Positions 13,076 to 21,531 of a stretch of DNA of 64,000 bases are shown piece after piece; position 1 is the stretch's first letter, and every line of letters begins with the position of its first letter. Below the pieces are notes generated by a model. It made no database searches and was not told where the DNA came from. It worked only from the letters and a program-made list of their open reading frames with translations. The translations under genes were made by a program, and so were the position numbers. The DNA is from Salinispira sp. (GTDB taxonomy: Bacteria; Spirochaetota; Spirochaetia; DSM-27196; Salinispiraceae): the NCBI GenBank assembly GCA_965602015.1, contig OZ271918.1, positions 1,216,001 through 1,280,000 on the forward strand, in the 5' to 3' direction.

Positions 13076-14068
13076 AATCTCATCGGCGGTCCGCTTGTGC
13101 TCCCTGGCGGCTTCAGACCAGCGGTAGAGCCTGCTATCCTCAAATTTACCTTTGGGCTTCCTGGGAGGGAGCTGTGAAAGGTTCAACAGCTTGCGGATCT
13201 CGTGATTGGCGACGGTGATCCTGTCGGTATTTCCCTGCCTCAGCACCGCATCATTCGGTGGTTCGGCCAGAGATTCGGTGAACCACAAGCCAGGATCAAG
13301 CTCCGGGCATTCAAGCCGCAGCCTGAATTCCAGCTGGAGGTGATGATCTTCTGCGACGCGGTTCTGCCGGGGGTATTGACTTGTATCCTGCGAACGCCCG
13401 GCTGCGGTGATTTCTTCCAATTCCCACTTAACAAGATCCCAGTCCTCAAAGTTCCGCCGGTTAAACGTCGCCAAATACTTGTAGATCTTCTCGGCCGACG
13501 CCATAAAGCGTTGGTCGTTGTCGATGATGCATTTGTTCTCCTCCAGGCGGGAATCCTGCCACTCCATAGACCAGATATCGGGATTCCGGCCGATTTGGGC
13601 GTGACCCACCGGCGGAATCGGCGAAAAGCTTTCCATTCTGTTAAAGATACTGTTCCTTCCAATGAAGTTCTGATGGGCCCAGGTATCGGCGTAGGTGTGA
13701 AGGGCAATTCCCACCCGGTAGGGATTTCTGCTTTTTAAGGCGGAAATCAGCAGTTCCTTTACCGGTGGAGAGTTCGGTCGCACCGCCAGCGGGTTATTTC
13801 GGCCATCCTTACGCGGGCTCTCGTCGGACTCACCGGAAGGAAAAAAATGAAAGGGTATCCAGACCTGATCTTCCTGGGTCTTGTCCCAGAAACCGAAGTG
13901 GTGGGTTGGAATTACCGTATAGACCGAGGCGCCGCAATCAACCTTGATGGGTATAAGGCTTCGGTCGACCAGCTGACACGAGAATGCGATGATCTCGGCG
14001 TCGTCCTGGGAGAACCCCCCTCGCAGGGCGAGGAGCTTTACGGCATAATAGTGGAAGATGGCGTTCAC
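13061..14068 (-). CDS. Uncharacterised protein, DUF6765-like (possible metal-dependent hydrolase)
   Basis: FHYY, WIPFHFFP, GIALHTYADTWAHQNF, PVGH motifs. Confidence 0.6.
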   Translation of the reverse strand: MNAIFHYYAVKLLALRGGFSQDDAEIIAFSCQLVDRSLIPIKVDCGASVYTVIPTHHFGFWDKTQEDQVWIPFHFFPSGESDESPRKDGRNNPLAVRPNSPPVKELLISALKSRNPYRVGIALHTYADTWAHQNFIGRNSIFNRMESFSPIPPVGHAQIGRNPDIWSMEWQDSRLEENKCIIDNDQRFMASAEKIYKYLATFNRRNFEDWDLVKWELEEITAAGRSQDTSQYPRQNRVAEDHHLQLEFRLRLECPELDPGLWFTESLAEPPNDAVLRQGNTDRITVANHEIRKLLNLSQLPPRKPKGKFEDSRLYRWSEAAREHKRTADEILAQL

Positions 14069-14097
14069 CCGTCAAATGTACCCACGGTGGAGTTGTT

Positions 14098-14772
14098 ATG
14101 GAAGTATTTTCCCTGCCCGAGACCGTCAGCGGTCTTTTTTTTGATATAGATGGTACGCTTTATAATCACCGGGAATATGAGGAGCACCAGTATGCCGTCC
14201 TCTACGACGCTCTGGCTTTGAGCATTGGACGGCCGGTTGATTCCCTCCGGCTGGAAATTGAGACGTGGAGGGCCGATCAAACTCCCAAGCCTTCCCTGGG
14301 TACCGCATTTGCCCGCTGGGGGGCGGAGATCCCATTAAGCGTTACATGGCGAAGCCGCTATATTACCCCTGAAGACTACCTGCATCACGATCCGCAGTTG
14401 AGGAAAACCCTGGACAGTCTTCTCATCGGACCTGCGGACGGCCCGGCACGGGTCATGGTTGCTGTGACTAACAATCCGTCGGACGTCGGCTGGCGCACCC
14501 TCCGCTGCCTCGGGGTTGAGGACTGTTTTTCCGCCGTCGTCGGATTGGACAGTGCCGGGGGCTCCAAGCCGGATTCGCGACATTTCGACATTGCCCTGGA
14601 GCTCGCCGGAGTTGAGCCCGCCGAGGGCCTGTCGGTGGGGGACCGCTACGAAATTGATATCGTTCCGGCCCTAAAACGGGGAATGGGCGGCGTACTGGTC
14701 GGCAGCATGGAAGACGTGTATACTCTTTCGGATTTACTGTCCGGTATGCGGGCAGCCTGCGATGGGCCGTAA
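14098..14772 (+). CDS. HAD family hydrolase
   Basis: FDIDGTL, VTN, KP, VGDRYEID. Confidence 0.9.
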   Translation: MEVFSLPETVSGLFFDIDGTLYNHREYEEHQYAVLYDALALSIGRPVDSLRLEIETWRADQTPKPSLGTAFARWGAEIPLSVTWRSRYITPEDYLHHDPQLRKTLDSLLIGPADGPARVMVAVTNNPSDVGWRTLRCLGVEDCFSAVVGLDSAGGSKPDSRHFDIALELAGVEPAEGLSVGDRYEIDIVPALKRGMGGVLVGSMEDVYTLSDLLSGMRAACDGP

Positions 14773-14783
14773 GGAGATGGAAA

Positions 14784-15899
14784 ATGTCGACAATCAAATA
14801 TAACTTCGAAAAACTGATAGAGATTTTTCATTCCGTCCTGTGCCGATCAAAAGCCCTCCGGGCGGACCAATGGATTTATCACCTGATAATCAACCCCGGC
14901 GCCGGAGGATTTAATTTTGAAGGCATCCGTCAAAGCTTGGGGCGCAGCGAGCCAAAAGGCATTCGCATCCTGGATGAAACCAGCCGGGCGGCCATAGCCG
15001 GTCTGGATCCTTTATACAGTGCCCAGACTGTCGATATCCGGCTTCACCTGTCGGCATATCCCGATCACGCCGGCCTTCTGGCAAAAAGCATCGCGACGGA
15101 TTTTTATTCCGATGAGCGACGCCACATGATCATCAGTATCGGGGGGGACGGTACCCATAACGAAATTATGCAGGCCCTTCATACAGGTGTGAGCCAGTCA
15201 AAGTTGGCGCTTTGCCGGGTATTTCGCTTTCCCCTGGGCTCTGGCAACGACGGAGCCGATGCCTGGAAGCCGGAGGAAGCCTGGCAGCTGTTGATTGACG
15301 GTGCGGAACAGGGAAGGGCCGGGGCTTTGGAGATAAACAGCGCCGCTGGAGAGCAGTTTCACGCCTTTAATATTGCCAGCATCGGAGTTGACGCCCATAT
15401 CGTCAAAGTGACTAATCAGCTTAAAGACCGGCTTCCCGGTGATTTTTACAAGGTGGCCGCAGACCTCTCGGTCCCCTTCTATCCCGGTTTGTATCAGGTG
15501 GGTACCGCCCGCCTTTCCGGTGTGGATTTTGACGGTGAGCAGTTGGAGCACAGTTTCCGGCTGGGGCTGATAGCATTCGGGGTGAGCGGGATTCGAACCT
15601 ATGGTCACGGGTTGTGGATTCTCCCCGATCGGGAGAACATTTGCGCCATCGAACTGCGGAACCTTCTGACCAACATAAAAATGAAAAAGGAACTCTACCG
15701 CGCGAAACATGACCGATTGCCCTATGTTTCAATGTTCAGATCGGGAGACTTCACCTTTGAGTATGATTCTGCCATACCGATGGAACTGGACGGTGAAGTA
15801 AAAATGCTCTCGGCCGAGGATTTTCCCCTGTCCATACGGGTTATCGAGACGAATATACAGATGTACAGCGGAAAGGACCTGAGCGTCTATAAATCGTAG
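14784..15899 (+). CDS. Diacylglycerol kinase family lipid kinase
   Basis: IINPGAG, GGDGT, PLGSGND, ELDGE. Confidence 0.88.
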   Translation: MSTIKYNFEKLIEIFHSVLCRSKALRADQWIYHLIINPGAGGFNFEGIRQSLGRSEPKGIRILDETSRAAIAGLDPLYSAQTVDIRLHLSAYPDHAGLLAKSIATDFYSDERRHMIISIGGDGTHNEIMQALHTGVSQSKLALCRVFRFPLGSGNDGADAWKPEEAWQLLIDGAEQGRAGALEINSAAGEQFHAFNIASIGVDAHIVKVTNQLKDRLPGDFYKVAADLSVPFYPGLYQVGTARLSGVDFDGEQLEHSFRLGLIAFGVSGIRTYGHGLWILPDRENICAIELRNLLTNIKMKKELYRAKHDRLPYVSMFRSGDFTFEYDSAIPMELDGEVKMLSAEDFPLSIRVIETNIQMYSGKDLSVYKS

Positions 15900-16759
15900 T
15901 AGTGATGCTGCTTCACAAATCCCCTGAAGCCCGCGTCCATGACCTTTGATTCGTAGTTCATGTAATTGTCCGGATAGTGCATCAAAAAGGTCTTCGCGCG
16001 GATTTCCTGATGAAGGGTGCACAGATCGTCAAAAAACGCGTGGACTCCTCCGGGAAAAAACTGCACGTCGTGAAAGATGTGTTCGATGGGGTAGGTTTCG
16101 GTGATGTTTTCAATCATTTCCCGGTCGAATCGGGTATCGCCGGTAAACAGAATCCGCTTATCGATGATCAGCCCGGTGCTATACGCGCTGCGCTTCCAGC
16201 TCGGGGCATTGTCGGGGTAATGCATGGTGCGAAACAGCACTACGTTGAACCCCTTCCAGTCAATCTCCCAGGCGTCACGGTTCAAACTGCGCAGGCTTTT
16301 GGGACGGGTAACGTTCCAGTAATCCCGGAAATTCAGGAAGCGGTTGCCCTTTGATTCATTCCAGGCAGCTCCGCCCTTGAGGCTGTCATTCCACAGCAGC
16401 TTTTCGTATTCCTTGGTGATGACGATATTCGGTTTGCGCTTGGTGACATAGCGGCCCATGAGCAGAACCTCTTCAAGTCCGCCAATGTGGTCCGCATGCG
16501 AATGGGTAATGATGAAGTTTTCTATGTCCGTTACCGGCCTGCCGAGTTTTGACATTGCCTCGGGAGTGCGTGTTCCGCAATCGAGCATTATGTGCTGATC
16601 GCCCTTTATGAGCAGGTAATTATTCTGATAATGCTTCTTAGTGAATGCACTGCCGGTCCCCACCGGAAACAGGCTGGTTTCTCCGTTATTCGTCAGGCTG
16701 AGATCAGATGTTAGTTCGCGTATGTTCAAAAACGAATCCTTCAAAAACAAGCTGCACAA
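15887..16759 (-). CDS. Metallo-beta-lactamase fold hydrolase (phosphodiesterase/RNase Z-like); exact start uncertain
   Basis: GTGSAF, LDCG, THSHADHIGG, FTGDT, LMHY. Confidence 0.85.
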   Translation of the reverse strand: MCSLFLKDSFLNIRELTSDLSLTNNGETSLFPVGTGSAFTKKHYQNNYLLIKGDQHIMLDCGTRTPEAMSKLGRPVTDIENFIITHSHADHIGGLEEVLLMGRYVTKRKPNIVITKEYEKLLWNDSLKGGAAWNESKGNRFLNFRDYWNVTRPKSLRSLNRDAWEIDWKGFNVVLFRTMHYPDNAPSWKRSAYSTGLIIDKRILFTGDTRFDREMIENITETYPIEHIFHDVQFFPGGVHAFFDDLCTLHQEIRAKTFLMHYPDNYMNYESKVMDAGFRGFVKQHHYYDL

Positions 16760-16915
16760 AGATGTTTACCGGTGCGAATTGTATACCAGTATATGTTAAA
16801 TTTATTCAATTACCCAATACTTACCGTACAGTATAACCCGAAAGCAATAAAATCCAAATAAAAACGCGTGGGTGAAAATATAGAAATTCCCAGAAGTTTT
16901 TGCAAATTTTTCGTA

Positions 16916-18164
16916 AGTGCCCCCAAAACAGCTGATCGAATCAACATAACTCTTTTGCCAGTAGTCTTCTATGACACGATTACCAGTTCATAGGAGATTA
17001 GCATGGCATTAATCCCTCGTTTCTGTCCGTACTCGGACTGTTCTCAGCATCATCGCGACAGAGAATCAAGCCGGTGCTGGTTTGTCCGAAACGGCCACTA
17101 TCACTGCCGCCGCCTCGGTTCTTCCCAGCGCTATCGCTGCAAGCATTGCCGTCGATACTTCTGCGAAAGCGCGTTCCACCTCGATTATCGCGCACATCAT
17201 CGCCTCGATTACCGGCGCATCTTCTCTTCAATCAACTCGGCCTCCGGCATTCGCGATATTGCCCGGGAGTTTTATGTCACCGACAAGGTCATTCTCAATC
17301 GGCTGAGCCGATTGTCCCGTCAGGCAATCGCTGCCATGGCCCAGTTATCGAATGATCATACAATCGATGAGGATATTGCCGTTGATGGGTTTGAAAGCTT
17401 TGTGTATAGCCAATACTGGCCGAGCAACTTCACTCTCGCGGTGGGTTCCGACAGCCAGGTTGTCTATGCGTGCGACTATGCGCAGATGCGGCGTAAAGGG
17501 CGGATGACCCCCGCACAAAAGCGCCGGCGCGATGAGCTCAATCGCCAGTATCCTATTGCAGGGGGACAAATTGCGCGATCTTTCCGGGATGTGATGAATA
17601 CCATTCTTCCCCGATGGAAGGCTTATTCATCGAAGAGGCCATGCTATCTCTTGAGCGATGAAAAACTCGAATACCGCCGTGAGCTGTGCGCTCATCGGGA
17701 CTGGGCGGCGTTGGAAAATGCAGGGCGGGTTATCCATCACCGAACCTCATCAAGGGTGGTCAGGACCACTGAGAACCCCCTGTTTCCGGTGAATTACCTG
17801 GACCGGGAGATACGAAAGGATCAATCCTGTCATGTCCGCCAGAGCGTGCAGTGGTCAAAATCGGTGAACAACAGCATGGAGCGGATGATGATTTACATCG
17901 CCTATCATAACCTGCTCAAGCCGTATCGGATAAACGGACGAAACGATATCAGCCATGGTGAGGTTGCGGGGTTTGACCGAAGGCGGGTACTCACGTTGAC
18001 AAAAAGCATGTTTACACAGCGGGCCTTCGTTCATCATCTGGTGCTGGACATCAGCCAATGGAAGACCTGGCACCGGATCTGGAAGACGCCGGTGAGTGCG
18101 CTAAAGATCGACCTACCCGATTATGCGGTGGCCTGAGGGGCGGAAATCAGCTGTTTTGGGGGCA
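16916..18164 (+). mobile_element. IS1/IS1595-like insertion sequence; right IR interrupted by the IS1111-type element, with its last bases displaced to 19470-19471
   Basis: IRL AGTGCCCCCAAAACAGCTGAT 16916-16936; IRR ATCAGCTGTTTTGGGGGCA 18146-18164; one transposase-like ORF between them. Confidence 0.85.
17003..18136 (+). CDS. Transposase with Zn finger, HTH and RNase H-like DD(D/E) domain
   Basis: CPYSDC...QRYRCKHC Zn finger, GIRDIAREF HTH, VDGFES / LSDEK / NYLDREIR; flanked by IRs. Confidence 0.75.
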   Translation: MALIPRFCPYSDCSQHHRDRESSRCWFVRNGHYHCRRLGSSQRYRCKHCRRYFCESAFHLDYRAHHRLDYRRIFSSINSASGIRDIAREFYVTDKVILNRLSRLSRQAIAAMAQLSNDHTIDEDIAVDGFESFVYSQYWPSNFTLAVGSDSQVVYACDYAQMRRKGRMTPAQKRRRDELNRQYPIAGGQIARSFRDVMNTILPRWKAYSSKRPCYLLSDEKLEYRRELCAHRDWAALENAGRVIHHRTSSRVVRTTENPLFPVNYLDREIRKDQSCHVRQSVQWSKSVNNSMERMMIYIAYHNLLKPYRINGRNDISHGEVAGFDRRRVLTLTKSMFTQRAFVHHLVLDISQWKTWHRIWKTPVSALKIDLPDYAVA

Positions 18165-18190
18165 TATCTGAAAGCGGTGCCCCCCCGCAA

Positions 18191-18339
18191 GAGTTTTCAT
18201 TGTTCTATTACAAAAATTCTGCAAATCGGTTTTGTCCGAGTCATATCTCCGCCATCCACGTGGCATGAAAATGTCCTTCCAGGGGTGTCGCAATCACTTT
18301 GCACAGCCTCGTATTCGCGCTGTAGCCCCAAAAACGCGC
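18191..18339 (-). ncRNA. Predicted bridge/seek RNA of the IS1111-type element (boundaries approximate)
   Basis: Segments matching the target (18325-18335, 18295-18300) and the circular donor junction (18261-18270, 18241-18248), in loop-and-stem order. Confidence 0.75.
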
Positions 18340-19392
18340 TTACCCCTGTCTGGACAAACCCGCTAATGCAGGATCTTTGTAATGCTGTTCTTTCTGCAAT
18401 ATCCAAAATATTGCTTCTGCTAAGTGCCGTGCCACGGCGATTATTGCAACCTTATGATTACGTTTAGTACGAACTCTCTTGTAGAGTTTTACCGTATGTC
18501 GGTTCGCCCAATTTCTTTGATTAAGACAGGTTACATTAGCTGCTTCAGTAAGTGCCCACTTCAAGTATCGATTACATGCTTTCGATGTTCGACCATAATG
18601 AGTTTTACCTCCGCTCGAGTGAACGCGCGGCGTTGTACCACAGTATGATGCAAAATGTTCAGCGGTCTTAAAGCGATGTATGTCTCCAATTTCATGCACA
18701 ATGACTGCGCTGAGAATAAATCCGATCCCGGGAATGGATTTCACCAACTTCATTTCAGCATTTTCATCAAACGCTTCATGCATTCGTTGTTCGCAGTCGG
18801 TGATAGATTGCTTAATAAACGCGAGATTATCGAGCTTGAGTTTCATCATGGTGCGGGTATGCTCGGGGAGTTTTGGCATTACCTTCTTCATGGCTTCTGT
18901 ACCTGCTTTTCCGAACAGATCGCTCACATCATTGAATCGAAACCCATATTTCTCGAACCCGGCATGAATTTGGTTCTTTTCACGTATCAACTCCTGAACG
19001 AACTGCATCCGGGTTCGATAGAGTTCTCGTTTATCACGCAATTCTCCTGGTGGAATCCACACAGTAGGCAGTGTGCCTGCTTTTTGAAGTTTATTGAGAC
19101 CTTCAGCATCGAGTTTGTCAGTTTTGTTAAACATGGCCATCATCAATTTTGACTTACCGGCATGTACCAGCAAGGGGTTCATGCCGGCCTCCTCAATCTC
19201 ATCCACAATCCAGTACCAACTTCCGATCGTTTCAAGTGCGACTTCCTGTCCCGGCTCAAATTGTTGGAGAAAATCACGAATACACCCGTGAGAATGTTCT
19301 ATGCGCTGTGAGGATTTCCTTCCATTTTCGTCCTCAATTGCAGCCACGGTATACCGTTTATGGCTGTCGAGGGATATAATAGTATTACTCAT
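18340..19392 (-). CDS. IS110 family DEDD recombinase/transposase
   Basis: SLDSHK, ALETIG, KTDKLDA, SIPGIG, SYCGTTPRVHSSGGK (catalytic Ser), IAVARHL. Confidence 0.96.
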   Translation of the reverse strand: MSNTIISLDSHKRYTVAAIEDENGRKSSQRIEHSHGCIRDFLQQFEPGQEVALETIGSWYWIVDEIEEAGMNPLLVHAGKSKLMMAMFNKTDKLDAEGLNKLQKAGTLPTVWIPPGELRDKRELYRTRMQFVQELIREKNQIHAGFEKYGFRFNDVSDLFGKAGTEAMKKVMPKLPEHTRTMMKLKLDNLAFIKQSITDCEQRMHEAFDENAEMKLVKSIPGIGFILSAVIVHEIGDIHRFKTAEHFASYCGTTPRVHSSGGKTHYGRTSKACNRYLKWALTEAANVTCLNQRNWANRHTVKLYKRVRTKRNHKVAIIAVARHLAEAIFWILQKEQHYKDPALAGLSRQG

Positions 19393-19524
19393 TTGGTTGT
19401 CCTCCTCCGGTATTTAATATAGACCCTGACTGGCAGGATCTCGGGGGAGGCACCGCTTTCATACCATCACTTTCTGATTTCTTCCCCGTTGGCGGCGCTC
19501 TTCAACCCGTGATAGCATCGCTTT

Positions 19525-19902
19525 ATGTCTACTAAATCCGAAAGCGGCGCCGAGGCCCCGCAGATCGAAGAATTCATTCAAAAGCGCGAGCGGCTCAATG
19601 ATATTGTGTTGGAGCAGGGGACTCTGGTCACCAAACGCTTTATCAATCTGGACGGTCAGGGATACAAGGCCGGTGCGCTTGATGAGAAAACAAAGGAACT
19701 CATGGGCCTGGTTGCCTCATTGGTTTTGCGATGCAACGATTGCATCTTGTATCACATTCTGCAGGCTAAAAAATGCGGAGTGACCCGGGAAGAGTTTACC
19801 GAGGCTTGTGATATCGCCCTCATCGTCGGGGGTTCCATCGTGATTCCTCATCTGAGGGAGGCCTATGGTCATTGGGAGTCGCTGGAGAGCGATGACGCAT
19901 AG
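19525..19902 (+). CDS. Carboxymuconolactone decarboxylase/AhpD family protein
   Basis: GALDEKTKELMGL, RCNDCILYH (CxxC). Confidence 0.88.
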   Translation: MSTKSESGAEAPQIEEFIQKRERLNDIVLEQGTLVTKRFINLDGQGYKAGALDEKTKELMGLVASLVLRCNDCILYHILQAKKCGVTREEFTEACDIALIVGGSIVIPHLREAYGHWESLESDDA

Positions 19903-20126
19903 GGTTCCAGGCGGATCTTTCTTACCAAGGGCTCGAGGCCGTTAGCTTTTATCTCCAAGAGGTTTTCCAGGAGAAAGCCAATGCGCCCGGCGGGAAAGCC
20001 CTTCTGCTTAAACCAAAGTATATAGGCTTCGGGCAGGTCGACAAGGTATCTGCCGGCGTACTTTCCAAAGGGCATTTTCATCGTGGCCAGATCTATGAGG
20101 ATTTTTCTCTCATCCGTATCATTCAT
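19869..20126 (-). CDS. DUF3820 family protein
   Basis: MPFGKYAGRYLVDLPEAYILWFKQKGFP...EIKANGLE. Confidence 0.88.
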   Translation of the reverse strand: MNDTDERKILIDLATMKMPFGKYAGRYLVDLPEAYILWFKQKGFPAGRIGFLLENLLEIKANGLEPLVRKIRLEPYASSLSSDSQ

Positions 20127-20155
20127 GAGGTACAATAGTAGCACAGGAGCGCAAC

Positions 20156-21418
20156 TTGGCAATAACTCGCGATCTTCAGTTCTATAAGTTCAGCATGTAC
20201 GGCTTTCTGAAGAATCTTCGTTTCTTCGATCCCTTTCTCCTATTATTTTTTCTCGAGAAAGGGATGAGCTATAGCCAGATCGGTATGCTCTACGCTATCC
20301 GACACGCTGGCATTCAGGTCCTGGAAATTCCCAGCGGGGTCGTAGCGGATTTGCTGGGACGCCGTAGGGCCATGGTTGGAAGTTTTCTGTCCTATATCAT
20401 CAGCTTTGTGCTCTACTTTTTTGGAGACGGGTTTTGGTTTTTGGCATTGGCGACGGTTTTGTTCGCGGCCGGTGAAGCCTTTCGCTCGGGAACACACAAG
20501 GCCATGATACTCGAGTACCTGCAAATCAACGGCTGGGAAGATCAGAAAAGCGAGTATTACGGACATACCCGAAGCTGGTCCCAAATGGGAAGCGCTTTGT
20601 CTTCGCTGATTGCCGGAGCTCTGGTGTTTTGGAGGGGAAGCTATGCTCCGGTTTTTCTGTTCACCCTCATACCCTATGTGCTGGAATTAGGCCTGATGAT
20701 GTCTTACCCCCGCGCCTTGGACGGAGCTCGGACTAACGAGAGGCAAAAACACGGTGTCGGTCTCAGGTCCCTTTTCGACGGCATGAAGGCAATTGCCGCC
20801 GATATTCGAACGGTGGTCCTTCAGCCCGGTGGAGCGAGGATTATGGGAAATCTTGCCCTGCACAGCGCTGTATATAAATCTTTTAAGGACTACCTACAGC
20901 CCGTCCTCCAGAATTTAGCCCTGGTACTGCCGGTGTTTTTGAGCCTCAATGAAACGAGGAGAATTTCCCTACTCAGCGCTGGAATTTATTTTGTTTTGTA
21001 CATTTTTACATCTATCTCATCCCGTCACGCAGGTGCTTTCATCGAGCGTCTCGGCGGGGAAAAGAAAAGCCTCAACATTATTATGCTGGCCGGTTGCCTG
21101 CTGGCCCTGCTCTCCGGAGGGTTTTTGGGCTTATCCTTGGCCCCGGCAGCGGTGACAGTGTTGATTCTCATTATGATTCTCGAGAATATCCGCAAACCCG
21201 CAGTTGTTGGCTTTACATCCTCCCTTGGAGCCGATGAAGGCATGGCCACACTGTTGTCAGGGGTAGGGCAGCTCGAATCGCTGTTCGCCGCGCTTTTGGG
21301 CCTTATCCTCGGTTTTGCTGCTGATCTCCTGGGACTTGGGGGAGGTCTCATGCTCACCGGCGGACTCGTGCTACTTGCGGCAGGTTTCCTGATAATCCCC
21401 TGGAACTTCGGGGATTAA
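20156..21418 (+). CDS. MFS transporter
   Basis: About 12 hydrophobic segments, EIPSGVVADLLGRR motif A, FRSGTHKAM. Confidence 0.9.
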   Translation: MAITRDLQFYKFSMYGFLKNLRFFDPFLLLFFLEKGMSYSQIGMLYAIRHAGIQVLEIPSGVVADLLGRRRAMVGSFLSYIISFVLYFFGDGFWFLALATVLFAAGEAFRSGTHKAMILEYLQINGWEDQKSEYYGHTRSWSQMGSALSSLIAGALVFWRGSYAPVFLFTLIPYVLELGLMMSYPRALDGARTNERQKHGVGLRSLFDGMKAIAADIRTVVLQPGGARIMGNLALHSAVYKSFKDYLQPVLQNLALVLPVFLSLNETRRISLLSAGIYFVLYIFTSISSRHAGAFIERLGGEKKSLNIIMLAGCLLALLSGGFLGLSLAPAAVTVLILIMILENIRKPAVVGFTSSLGADEGMATLLSGVGQLESLFAALLGLILGFAADLLGLGGGLMLTGGLVLLAAGFLIIPWNFGD

Positions 21419-21531
21419 CTCGGGTATCCGCAAAAAAGTTCAAAAAATTTGTGCAAAGACCGCCGCACCAATTAGAATTGAATACATAGTACATACCAAA
21501 ACCTCGAAAAACCGTACCACAGGGGGGATTT

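Larger units (their letters stand above)
18165..19469 (-). mobile_element. IS110 family, IS1111-group element, about 1305 bp
   Basis: Sub-terminal IRs TGAAAGCGGTGCC (18169-18181) / GGCACCGCTTTCA (19449-19461); CA core at both junctions; long non-coding region downstream of the recombinase. Confidence 0.92.
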
